Shown in pieces: positions 12,270 through 22,950 of a DNA stretch of 28,760 nucleotides (position 1 is its first letter; each line of letters begins with the position of its first letter). The notes below the pieces were generated by a model, which did not search any database, was not told the origin of the DNA, and worked only from the letters and a program-made list of their open reading frames with translations. Source of the DNA: Welwitschia mirabilis (lineage: Eukaryota). The DNA is taken from NCBI GenBank assembly GCA_051453625.1, contig JBOZIK010000001.1:46853568-46882327 (forward strand), given 5' to 3'. A program made the translations under genes and the position numbers.

Positions 12270-13459
12270 TGTTCAATTACATTTTTACCAAGTTGATGTT
12301 AAACTAACATTTTCTGGTATAGAAAAATATGTTGTATTTCTTGCAGAAAATATTAATCCTTGCATGTCAAATGTTTAACCTACATTTATCACTAGCTACA
12401 CTTGAACCTCATGAGTAATAAATCTCCTAAGATGTTGATTGGACCTATACCAAAAAGTATCATATCTAATTTATTAAGGGATTGACTAGATTCCTAAGGG
12501 GTCGATGAGACCTATACAAAAAATTGTCAAGTATTTTCTTAGAGGGGTCTACTAGATGTTTTAAGGGTTGATCGGACTTGTGCTAAAAATGTTGCATCTA
12601 TTTTCATAAGGGGTCAACTAGATAAAAATGCAATTAATCGAACCTGAACATATGTGGTTGACTACATCCTGGATGAGCTCAATCAAACTAGGAGATGTGA
12701 AGAACTCAGACTAACAGAAAGAAGATGGAGTCGACTGACTCCAGTGATAACACTCAATGGGGCTGACTAGATGTTTTGAGGATTCGACTAGTCATGGTGG
12801 AAATGGAATTTCTCATTCTATTTTCTAATCATTGCCTTCTTATTTTTATCCATGGGAATATTAGATTCACTTATAAAATCCTAAAATCCATCTTCTATAT
12901 AAATAACAGCTGTCAAAATCATAGACACCTCTTTTTGTGATGGATCAAAATCGAAAAAGCATATTTTTACATTTAGTTCTTTAGTTAATCAGATTGAATT
13001 TTATGTACTTGGATTTATAACATCATTTTTAGAAGTGTAGTACTATCTTTATTATACTTTAGATCTAATGAAGCCTATGCATCATGGTATACTATTGACA
13101 TTGAAAAGCATTTCTTTAAAGGTTGAGATTGAGCCTTCAAAAGTCTAATTAGAAAGGTTACAAGTTAATCTGAGACATCTAGAAAGTAAGTAATAAGGAT
13201 CCGGATTAGCTTTGGATAGAAGTTGATCATTGAGAGTGGAGTAGGAAATTTCCCAAACCACTATAAATCATATTTCTGATAATCTCCATTAGTATTATCT
13301 AGGTTTAGCTATTTTTCTTTTCTAGATCTTATTTCTAGATAGATGATTTTGTTATTTCATATGCATAGATATTTTTTTAGTATTTTATATTTTGTGAAGA
13401 TAGTCTCTTAATTTATTTTTAATCCTATTCATGCGCCCTCTAGGATTCTAGATCTAACA
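12270..13459 (+). repeat. 5' LTR of element B
   Basis: TGTT...AACA, colinear with 20383-21637. TATA CTATATAAATA at ~12895-12905. Decayed GGTCGACC-type palindromic motifs upstream of the TATA. Confidence 0.92.
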
Positions 13460-13461
13460 TT

Positions 13462-13473
13462 TGGTATTAGAGT
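13462..13473 (+). promoter_or_regulatory. tRNA-iMet PBS of element B
   Basis: TGGTATTAGAGT versus TGGTATCAGAGC (two C>T changes), 2 nt after the LTR. Confidence 0.85.
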
Positions 13474-13525
13474 GAGGATGAGTCATTTGTAGATCTTAAT
13501 AGGTCTTGACTCTTGAATCCCAATT

Positions 13526-16500
13526 ATGAGTAATCCTACTGATGGCCTTTCTACTAGAAGATTACCCATGTTTAATGGAATCAACTATGCTTATTGGAAG
13601 TCTTGAATGATAATCTTCTTTAGATACTTAGATGTAGACATAGAGGATATTATCTACAATAGGTATGCTATGCTCACACTATCTAAAATTGATAGTAATG
13701 GAATCACCATAGTTGTTAAGAAATCTCGAGACCAATGGATCCCTACTGACAAAGCTAAGGCAACCTTATATGTTCATGCTTTTAATGCTATTTTTTGTGT
13801 AGTTTGTATAGATGAATTTAAAAGGATTGTAAATTACAAACATGTTAAGGAAGCTTGGGATATACTTGCAATTATACATGAAGGAACATCCACTGTAAAA
13901 TAGGTAAAGCTATAGAAGCTTTTCGCTAAGTTTGAAGATATTCACATGGAAGAAAAAGAGACTCTGCAAGAGTTCTTTGTTAGGCTTATAAACATAGTAA
14001 ACTCTATGGAAACTATAGGTAAGAAATGGATGAAAGAAAAGTAGTACAAAAAGTTCTAAAATCTCTTCTAAAATGCTTTAAGCTAAAGGTCATCCCTATT
14101 AAGGAAAGCAAGAACATCAATCAAATGATACTAGAGGAAAAATAAGGTAATCTTAAAACTTATGAATTAAAGTTTTTTAAAGATAAAAAGAAAAGTATTT
14201 CATTGAAAAATATGCAGGGAGAGTCCAGATTTGAAAAATCAGATGAAGACCTTAGTAAAGATGAGGTTTCTCTATTGGAAAGAAGATTAAAAAACGTCTT
14301 GCATAGAAAAAAAAGAGATGGTAAACCAAGTAAGGGACAAAATATGGATCATTTACAACTAGAAAGAGATCCAAAAAAAGGAAAGAAAATCTAGTGTTAT
14401 TCATGTAATGGATATAGACATGTTACAAACGAATGACCAAATAACAAAAGAGATTAGAGGAAGTCCAAGGCATCGTCCTTCATCGCCATCTAGATAGATG
14501 GAAATAGTATCTCAAGAAGAATATAGTAGCTCAAGTTAAGAGTTAGATGAAGATAGAAGACTTTCTTTTATGGTAATAGTCCCTTCCATGAAGAACTTTC
14601 TATGCTCAACTAAACCAGATAAAGAAGAAGATAGTAGGTTAAATCAAGAATTACATGAAAATAGAAGACTTTCTTTCATGGCAATAATCCTTCCCATGAA
14701 TAACTTTTCATGCTCAACTAAACTAGATGAAGAAAAAGATAGTAGCTCAAGTCAAAATTCATATGGATACAAAAGACTTTATTTTATGGTAATAGTCCCT
14801 CCCATGAAGAACTTGCCATGCTCAACTAAACCAGATGACCTAGACCTTATTGAAGAAAGTCAAAAGGAGATAGAAAATACTTGTTAAGAACTCTATTCAA
14901 AATGTGAAAAAATGGTAAAAGGGATCAATTAGTTAAATAAGATAGTGAAGGCTTTGAACAAGGAAAAGGAAGAGTTAGAAACAAAGTACATGATGGTTTA
15001 AATAGAAAATACCAAGTTAAATCAAGAGGTAAAAAGCTTATTTCATTTTATAAATAAATTTTCAAATAGTTTAAGTAAATTAAAACAGATGCTTGAGATA
15101 CAAAGACTAGTCCATAACAAGAAAGGTATTGGCTTCATCTTTNNNNNNNNNNNNNNNNNNNNNNNNNNNNNNNNNNNNNNNNNNNNNNNNNNNNNNNNNN
15201 NNNNNNNNNNNNNNNNNNNNNNNNNNNNNNNNNNAAAATTATTTTACAATATTAAAAGATAATGTTTTTTTAAGCTTTATCAGTACTTTTCCATTTAAAT
15301 TTATCCCAAGAAGATGTGTACCACAATAGTAAAAATAGACTAAGTGCATAAGGGATGACAATAAAAAGTTCAGTAATCCAAACAACCTTTAAAGTATCCA
15401 ATGGAACTTACTGATACATGGATAGTATATGTTCTCAGCACATGACAGGTAACAAGTTAAGATTCCAACATTTGGATGACTTTGATGAAGGAGAAGTAAC
15501 TTTTGAATCAACAGAAAAGCAAAAATTGAAGGCATTTAAAGCATCAATAAAGATAACATGTCTAAAATTAATAAAGTTTTATATGTAAATGACCTAAAAC
15601 ATAATTTGCTAAGTATTAGTCATATTTATGGTAAAGGTTATAAAGTTATTTTTAATAGTACAAAATGTGAAGTTAGACACAGTAAAACAAATGACATTCT
15701 TATTAAAGAAAATAGAATAAACAATGTTTATAGCATTGATTAATATTTGTCTACTTATTATTTTTTTCATGTAAATCAAGAAGAATTGTGATACCAACGT
15801 TTAGGACATGTAAACTATAATCATCTTAAAACCATATTAAAAAGTACATTGTGGAAGGAATCCCTATGATTAATATTAATAAACATGGATTGTGCAATGC
15901 TTGTCAAAAAGGAAAACAAGTTGGGATCTCTCATAAAAGTAAAAACTTAGTCTCCTTAACAAGGCCACTTGAACTCATTCACATGGACTTAGTGGGTCAT
16001 GCTCAAACTAGAAGTATAAAAGGAAAATGATATTTTTTAATTATGATGGATGACTTCTCTAAATTTACTAGATTGCTTTCCTAGAAAATAAAGTTGAAGC
16101 CTTTAAAAGTTGTATTGAAATTTGTAACAAAATCCAAAATGAGAAGGGATACACCATTAAAAGGATTAGAAACGATCATGGAGGAGAATTCGAAAATCAA
16201 CCTTTTTAAGAAATATTGTATGGACAATGATATAGAACATCATTTTTTAGCCCCAAAGACTTTGTAACAAAATGGAATTTTAGAAAGGGAAAATCGAGTG
16301 CTCCTAGAGATGGTAAGAACAATGCTAAATGATAAGGAAGTACCGAAAATGTTTTGGACTGAAGCAGTGAGTACTACATGCTATATTATCAATAGAGTCT
16401 ATCTAAGACTGGGTATAGAGAAAGCCCCCTATGAACTTTAAAAAGGAAGAAAACTAAATGTATCATATTTTAAGGTCTTTAAAAGTAAATGTTTTATTTT

Positions 16501-18343
16501 AAAAGATAGAAAACATCTAAGTAAATTTAAATAAAAAGATGATGAGGTAATTTTCTTATGATACTCAACTAGAAGTAGAGCCTAGTAAGTTTTGAAAAAT
16601 GAAGTTTAATAGTGGAAGAACTCATAAATGTTCAAATAGATGACTTCATTACTAGACTTCTTCCTTCAAGTTGTGAAGAAAATCTTACTTCAAGTATCTC
16701 CACAGTAAAAGAAGTAGCAATTGAAAAAGAAGAAGATCCATCTCCAAAAGTTACCTCTAAAAAGTTTAAAGAGCTAAAATATCACCCACTTGAGTTTATT
16801 ATTGGAGATGTAAGTTAAAAAAAATTCATAATAGAAAATCTCTCAAAAATTTTCGTGCTCACATTTGTTATATTTCTTCAATTGAAATCAAAAAGTTTGA
16901 AGAGATCCAATCTCTTGAAGAATGGATGATGCCTATACAAGAAGAATTTCAATAATTTAAAAGAAATGATGTTTGCAAACTTGTAAAAAGATCAAAACAT
17001 CAAAATATAATTAGAACAAAATGGATCTTTAAGAATAAGTATGATGAACACAATAATGTAATTAAAAACAAAGAAACATTAGTATCTCAAGAATACAACT
17101 AGGTCAAAAGAACAGATGTAGGAGACAATTTGCTCCGATAGCCAGATTGGATAGTATTAGAATGTTTTTCTCTTATGTAGTCTTCAAGAAAATTAAATTT
17201 TTTTAGATGGATGTGAAAAGTGCCTTTGTAAATGAAACTCTTAATGAAGAAGTTTATGTGGAACAACCACAAGGTTTCATAGATCCACAAAAATCAAACC
17301 ATATCTATAGATTCAAAAAGGCTTTATATGGTTTAAAATAAGTTCCAAGGGCTTAGTATGAAAAAATGGCAATTTTTCTTAAAGAAAATGGTTATTTCCA
17401 TGGAGCTATGGATAAAACTTTGTTTGTAATACTTTATCCTCGTTCGAATCTATGTTGATGACATAATTTTTGAAGCCTCAAAAAAGGATCTATCAAAAGA
17501 TATTGCTAGCATTATGATCATACAATTTAAAATGAGTATGCTTAATGCAATTTGCATGTTTCTTGATCTCTAAATTAAACAAAAAACATAAGATTTTCAT
17601 CTCTCAATCTAAACTCTTAAGGGAGTTGATCAATTTATGCCAACTTCATGTAAGATTAGTCTTGATGATCATGGAAAATCTATAAACTCAAAACTTTATA
17701 GGAGTATGATAGGAAGTCTATTGTATTTAACCATGAGTAAACCTAACATAATATTCAATGTTGCTGTATGTGCAAGATATCAAACTTGCACCTTTAAGTT
17801 ATTAAAAGAATCATAAGGTATATAAAATAAATGAGTGACTATGGGCTATGATATTCTATCGAAACTTCCTTTAATCTTGCAAGTTTTAGTAATGCAAACT
17901 AGACTAGTTATAAAGATGATTGAAAAATCACTAGTGGAAATCATTTTCTTTTAGAATCATGCTTAGTAGAATGGACAAATAAGAAGCAAAATTCTATCTC
18001 CCTTCTATAGTAGAAGCAAAATATATAGTGATAGGGAGTTGCTATATCCATCGTCTATAGATGAAGGAAATGCTTAAAGATTTTGGAGTAAATTTTGAAT
18101 ATATTCCAATATTTTATAATAATACTAGTATAATTAATATTTTAAAAAAACCTATTCAACATTTTGAAACTAAACATATTGAATTTAAAAATAATTTTTT
18201 GAGAGATCAAGTAGAAAAAAGTAACATTTCTATGAACTTTGTAATCACTAATAAAGAACTAGCTGATATTTTCAAAAACCCTTGAACTTTAAAAACTTTT
18301 TAAGAATTTGTCATAAATTAAGGATTGTTTCTTTGTTCTCTGA
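13526..18343 (+). pseudogene. Decayed gag-pol of element B
   Basis: MSNP...PMFNGINYAYWK; knuckle CYSCNGYRHVTNE* (14395-14436); protease YMDSICSQHMTG; integrase PLELIHMDL, RNDHGGEFEN, QNGILERENR; RT MDVKSAF, KALYGLK, YVDD (17451-17462); RNase H TKHIE...LADIFK. End approximate. Confidence 0.92.
14523..14839 (+). repeat. Three tandem 108-bp (36-codon) units within gag
   Basis: ATGG(T/C)AATA starts at 14570, 14678 and 14786; TGCTCAACTAAAC recurs with a 108-bp period. Confidence 0.9.
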
Positions 18344-18734
18344 CTAAAAGCAAGGTGGGTTCGACCAGATCTTACATTTGGTAAACTAGATCTAGAGAAG
18401 TCAGGTCAACTAAATTTTATCTAGTTACTTGAACTTTCTTAGAAAAACTTAAACCTAATCAGGTCGACCAGACTGGAGTCCTGATAAATTAGACTTGAAA
18501 ATGTTTTAACCTGCATCTTGATAAGTCAACTTAATTATAATATAATTTATTATATCTGTATGATTATAGTGCATAAGAAAGGTAGTTGTCCTAATTTTTT
18601 TCCCCCTTAAATTCAACTTAGTTTACCACCTTTACAAAATCTTATGAATCTCTACCTTCCTTATTTCCACTTGTCTACCTGTCTCTCTTAGATCTAGCTA
18701 TATTCTTTCTTTTTCTCTATCTTTAACAAGTACC

Positions 18735-19943
18735 ATGTATTATCAAATGATAGAGGATCCCTTTAGAAAATCTTATCAAAAGAAGCATGCAAGCAAAGAT
18801 CTAGGATATTTCTAATCAGAAATGTCAAATGAAGCCCTGGACAAGTTTACTGAAAAGTTTGAAAAGAAGCCTATTTGTCAAGATAGGCTAGTAGCTTTAG
18901 GAAAGCTCAGAGAACTTAGAGATGTGATAAGACTTCTCAATGATTTAGAACTTTCTCATTTCCTTAAGATTTCTAGATTAGCTTACCCTTTTCTTACCTG
19001 CATGTTTTACTGTAATGCTTCTTTCAAAGTGGATTCCTCTACCCTTTTAACTCTTGTTTTGAGAAGAAGAATTTCAGTAATCGTAGATCTGATAGTCTTC
19101 CTCATGAAACTTCTTAGAGGATATTATGAGGAGTTTTGGCCCTTATGTGATTATATGGAGGACAAAATGAAAGTCATTAAGGAACTCTATGGGAAACTCA
19201 TTCAGTGGAAACCCACCCTTTCCACCTTCCATCTTACTTCAAAATATTGTATTATTTATTTAGTTTCCATTTATAATTTTTACCTTTTATTGGTCACCGT
19301 GATGAAATTTGTACTTGGTAGGAACTCATCACTCTATTGATGCTCCTACCATTATTCTTAAGAAATGGCATCTAAATTAGAATATCATAAAACTAGAGCT
19401 CTTTCTTACTCCATCCTAATTACTAACTTCTATTATTATTTTAGGGTCCAAATGCATCTAAACTTGAAATCTTAACTCCTATGTCTTTCATTAGGCATGC
19501 TACTTTATCTTGCATGCACATTTTATTTAGATCCAAGAAATCCTCAAAGTCTTCTTCTCCAAAGCAGGCCTCCCCTGTAGAGACTCTATTGTACCTTAAA
19601 AGGCTAGATTCTTGAATTTGGCACATAAAAGAGGTACTCATTGTAGTAAGGTATGAGATTGCAAATACTTTTGAGGAAGCCATAGCTCTACACNNNNNNN
19701 NNNNNNNNNNNNNNNNNNNNNNNNNNNNNNNNNNNNNNNNNNNNNNNNNNNNNNNNNNNNNNNNNNNNNNNNNNNNNNNNNNNNNNNNNNNNNCATTGTA
19801 GTAAGGTATGAGATTGCAAATACTTTTGAGGAAGCCATAGCTCAACACAAAAAGCAGAAGAAGAAGAAGAAAAAGAAGAAGAAGGAGATGACCTAGATTC
19901 TGAAGAAGAATCTAAGGAGAAGAAAGAAGAAGAATCAGACTAA
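18735..19943 (+). pseudogene. Decayed extra ('env-like') ORF of element B
   Basis: Includes ORF 18822-19340 (…AYPFLTCMFYCNA…VLRRRISV…), then RALSYSILITN, and an acidic tail ending EEESD*. Lies between pol and the 3' LTR as in Sireviruses. Start approximate. Confidence 0.78.
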
Positions 19944-20370
19944 TTTTATTATTTTCATTATTGTTGTTATTCTTGTCTTTTTCTTGTTACTTTTATTTTT
20001 CTCTCCTTTGTTATTACTGCCAAAAGGAGAAGAAATAGAGTCTATAAAGTTTTTTATAGTCAATTGTTATTATCAGTTATTATCACATGTTAGTTATTAT
20101 TATTAGTTGTTTTTACATCAGTATCTTTTATGTACTACATGAGACTAACTAATAAGAATGAATTCTATATTATTTATCTCATCTATTAATGAATATTATA
20201 TTTTCCATGAACTATGATTTCAATTTTTTATGGATCTTTTTGGAAAGCCATTATGAATGCTTGATCTAGATAAACATGGTCAATAATATTTCATGAATCT
20301 AAATGGGTACTTTTTGAGGGGGAGTTTTCAAATTAACATTTTCAAATAAGTATCATTTGCCATTAATGTC

Positions 20371-20382
20371 AAAGGGAAAGAC
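20371..20382 (+). promoter_or_regulatory. PPT of element B
   Basis: AAAGGGAAAGAC directly before the 3' LTR. Further PPT-like copies at 20315-20324 (TGAGGGGGAG) and ~20022-20033. Confidence 0.8.
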
Positions 20383-21637
20383 TATTAAGTTATATTTTTA
20401 TCAATGATGTTAAACTAACATTTTCTGGTATAGCAAAATATGTTGTATTTCTTACAGAAAATATTAATCCTTATAGGTTAGAAGTAACCAACAATTCTTA
20501 TAGCAAAATATGTTGTATTTTTTACAGAAAATATTAATCCTTGTAGATTAGAAGTAACTGACATTTCTCACTAGCTACACTTGAACTTGACAAGTAACAG
20601 ATCTCCTAAGGAAATGACCAGACCTGTATTAAAAAGTGTTAAATCTAGTTTATTAAGGGATTAACCAGATTCCTGAGGGGTCAACTAGACCTATACAAAA
20701 AATTATCAAATATTTTCTTTGAGGGCTCAACCAGATGTTTTAAGAGACAGCCAGATCTATGCTAAAAATGTTTCATTTATTTTTATAAGGGGTTGAATAG
20801 ACAAGAATGTGATCGACTGGACCTAGACATATGTAGTTGATCAGATTCTAGATGAAATTGATTAGACTAGGAGACATGAAGAACTTAGGTTGATTGGAAG
20901 AAGATGAAGTCAACTAACTTCAGTGAGACACTCAATGGGATCGACTAAATGTTTCAAGGGGTCAACTAGTTAGAGTGAAAACAAATTTTCTCAGTTTATT
21001 TTCTAGTCATTTCCTTCCTATTTTTATTTGTTGGAATATTAGATTCACTTATAAAACCCTAAAATCTATCTTCTATATAAACAATAGTCATCGAAATCAT
21101 AGACACCTCTTTCCATGGTGGACCAAAATCGAAAAGGCATCTTTTTACATTTAGTTGTTTGGTCAATTGGATTACACTATAGGTACTTAGATTGGTGACA
21201 TCATTTTTAGATAGTGTAGTATTATCTTTATTATACTAAAAATCTGATGAAACTTGTACATTGTGACACACTATTAACACCAAAAAGCATTTCTTTAAAG
21301 ATTGAGACTGAGCCTCCAAAAGTTTGATTGTAAAGGTTACAAGTTAACCTAAAAAATCAAAGTAAGTAACAAGGATTTAGGTCAACTTTAGATAGAAGCT
21401 GACTACTGAGAGTGAAGTAGGGGATTTTCCAAATTATTATAAATCATATATCTGATAATATCCATTAGTATTTTCTAGTTTCAGTTATTTTTCTTTTACA
21501 GATATTATTCCTAGATAAATCATTTTGTTATTTTTTATGCATAGATATTTTTTTTAGTATTTAATATTTTGTGAAGACATTCTTTCAATTTATTTTAAAT
21601 CCTATTCATCCCCTCCTTTAGGGTTCTAGATCCAATA
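20383..21637 (+). repeat. 3' LTR of element B
   Basis: TATT...AATA (termini mutated from TG..CA), colinear with the 5' LTR apart from a 70-bp duplication. Confidence 0.92.
20429..20568. repeat. 70-bp tandem duplication unique to the 3' LTR of B
   Basis: TAGCAAAATATGTTGTATTT at 20431 and 20501; only one copy in the 5' LTR. Confidence 0.9.
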
Positions 21638-21740
21638 ATGTATACTTTGTTATAACCACTATATTCATCATGAAAGCAATAGTAAGCATAACCTTAGATC
21701 CTATTAAGAAATTGATCAAGAAAGGGAAAGGGGTAATTGT
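21638..21740 (-). pseudogene. Continuation of the Athila-like RT beyond element B
   Basis: Minus translation NYPFPFLDQFLNRI*GYAYYCFHDEYSGYNKV, matching the Athila pattern HFPLPFIDQMLERLAG..YYCFLDGYSGYNQI. Joins ITNEDQFKTTF left of the insertion. Confidence 0.88.
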
Positions 21741-21750
21741 ATAAAATTAC

Positions 21751-21776
21751 TTTATTTTATTTTATTTTATTTTTTT
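21751..21776 (-). other. Decayed poly(A) tail of the OPA3-like retrocopy
   Basis: Minus strand AAAAAAATAAAATAAAATAAAATAAA. Preceded by a U-rich stretch and AATGAA (21798-21803), 22-27 nt upstream, as in plant polyadenylation sites. Lies 10 nt from the break in the Athila RT. Confidence 0.65.
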
Positions 21777-22498
21777 AAAATTACAAAAAATAAATATTTC
21801 ATTTTTACAGAATATTTAGTATGTTCACCATAAATAAGAATTGTAATTATACATAAGCAACCCATAATAATGGGCCTAGGGAGGCATGACAAACAAGTTT
21901 AGGATAAGCTTTAAATTATTTAAAAAATGGCTTACTTATTATGAAGTAGAGATGAATATAGCAAAAATCAATGATTAGTGTATATGTGTACTCTAGAAGT
22001 ACCTCAAACTACAACATCATGGAAAAATAGCATTTTGAAGCTTTTACAAAAATGCATATTGAAGTGTGTAATTTCTAATCCTTAACATTAACAAAACGTC
22101 AACAGATAGCAATATAAGCATTATCCTCATTTAGTACAAAAACAATTGTGAGTAAAGAAATCTATCTGCAAAAGTTTCTCTTCTAATACCAATGACCTTT
22201 TTTAGCTTGATACATAGGACATGTGTATATGACTATATTGCATTTTCCATGATATCATTTTTGACATACATCATAGCCTATCTAGAATTTCCCATTGTTC
22301 ACATACACAGCATCACACATACCACAATATGATTGCTTATTCTACACAATAAATTACTACTTTATCATAGCAACAACCATCTACCAATATATTCATGCTA
22401 AGTGATCCACTTAAGCAGGCCATTTTTCCAAGTGGGAGACAACGACAACAACAAGGCTGTGATAAGAATGACCCAGGATTGTGCCATAAAAAGCATGC

Positions 22499-22950
22499 TC
22501 AAAAGCCAGCCATTCCATGTCCCCTGGTAGGTTTCTCTAGCTCTTCAACCCTTTCAGTTAAGGGGATCAATTCTCAAGCCAATTCATCATCTCTTTATCT
22601 TATGTCTTCCAATTCTGATTTTTGACCCTCCTCCTTATGAGCCTCAGATCTAGAATTCCTTTGAACTTCAAATATAACTGCAACTCCGAAAAAATAAAAA
22701 CTTTTGCAATAAGATTAGTTGCTGCTTGAATAGCTTTATCTTCATTTAAAGGACATATTGCTACAGCAGTAAAGTGACCATACAGACGTCTCTGCAAATT
22801 TGTGCTAAACTGATGGTTTACCTAAGCAATTCTTATGATAGTATTTTGGAAGTGAGGATGATGAGCTGCCTATTTCTTAAGCCTAAAAATGATCGGCTTG
22901 CTGAAAGTCCGGAGGGCTAATGTTCCCAACTTTGCCAAAGGTAACATCAT
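22499..22950 (-). pseudogene. OPA3: OPA3-like protein processed pseudogene
   Basis: MMLPLAKLGTLALRTFSKPIIFRLKK*AAHHPHFQNTIIRIA*VNHQFSTNLQRRLYGHFTAVAICPLNEDKAIQAATNLIAKVFIFS / frameshift at 22687-22686 / GVAVIFEVQRNSRSEAHKEEGQKSELEDIR*RDDELA*ELIPLTERVEELEKPTRGHGMAGF. Recognisably the plant OPA3 family (KLGTLAL.T.SKP, QRR.YGH, IFEVQRS.RSEA.KEE). No introns in the copy. Confidence 0.9.

Larger units (their letters stand above)
12270..21637 (+). mobile_element. Ty1/Copia SIRE-type element B, full length but decayed
   Basis: LTR pair; TSD ATGCA (12265-12269) / ATGTA (21638-21642); PBS; gag-PR-INT-RT-RH order; extra ORF; PPT plus an upstream AGGGGGAG copy; U5 motif CCTATTCA...TAGG. Confidence 0.94.
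1..21740 (-). mobile_element. Ty3/Gypsy Athila-like LTR retrotransposon, decayed; host of two nested SIRE insertions; 5' part missing or interrupted
   Basis: Minus-strand order is RT (FMDD at 12099-12110), RNase H (MQEFNLIIIDKEGKHNHVADHLSR), integrase, 3' UTR, PPT, LTR. The RT reads through across element B once the TSD is removed. The 3' UTR is split by element A between matching AATTC TSDs. Confidence 0.85.

Noticed and set aside
19639-19848. ~55-bp direct repeat flanking a 100-N gap
   Set aside because: Near-identical sequence on both sides of a placeholder gap indicates an unmerged contig overlap, not a biological duplication.
21738-21760. TGTATA as the start of another LTR matching 24913
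   Set aside because: Similarity ends after 6 nt; the poly(A)-tail interpretation explains the region better.
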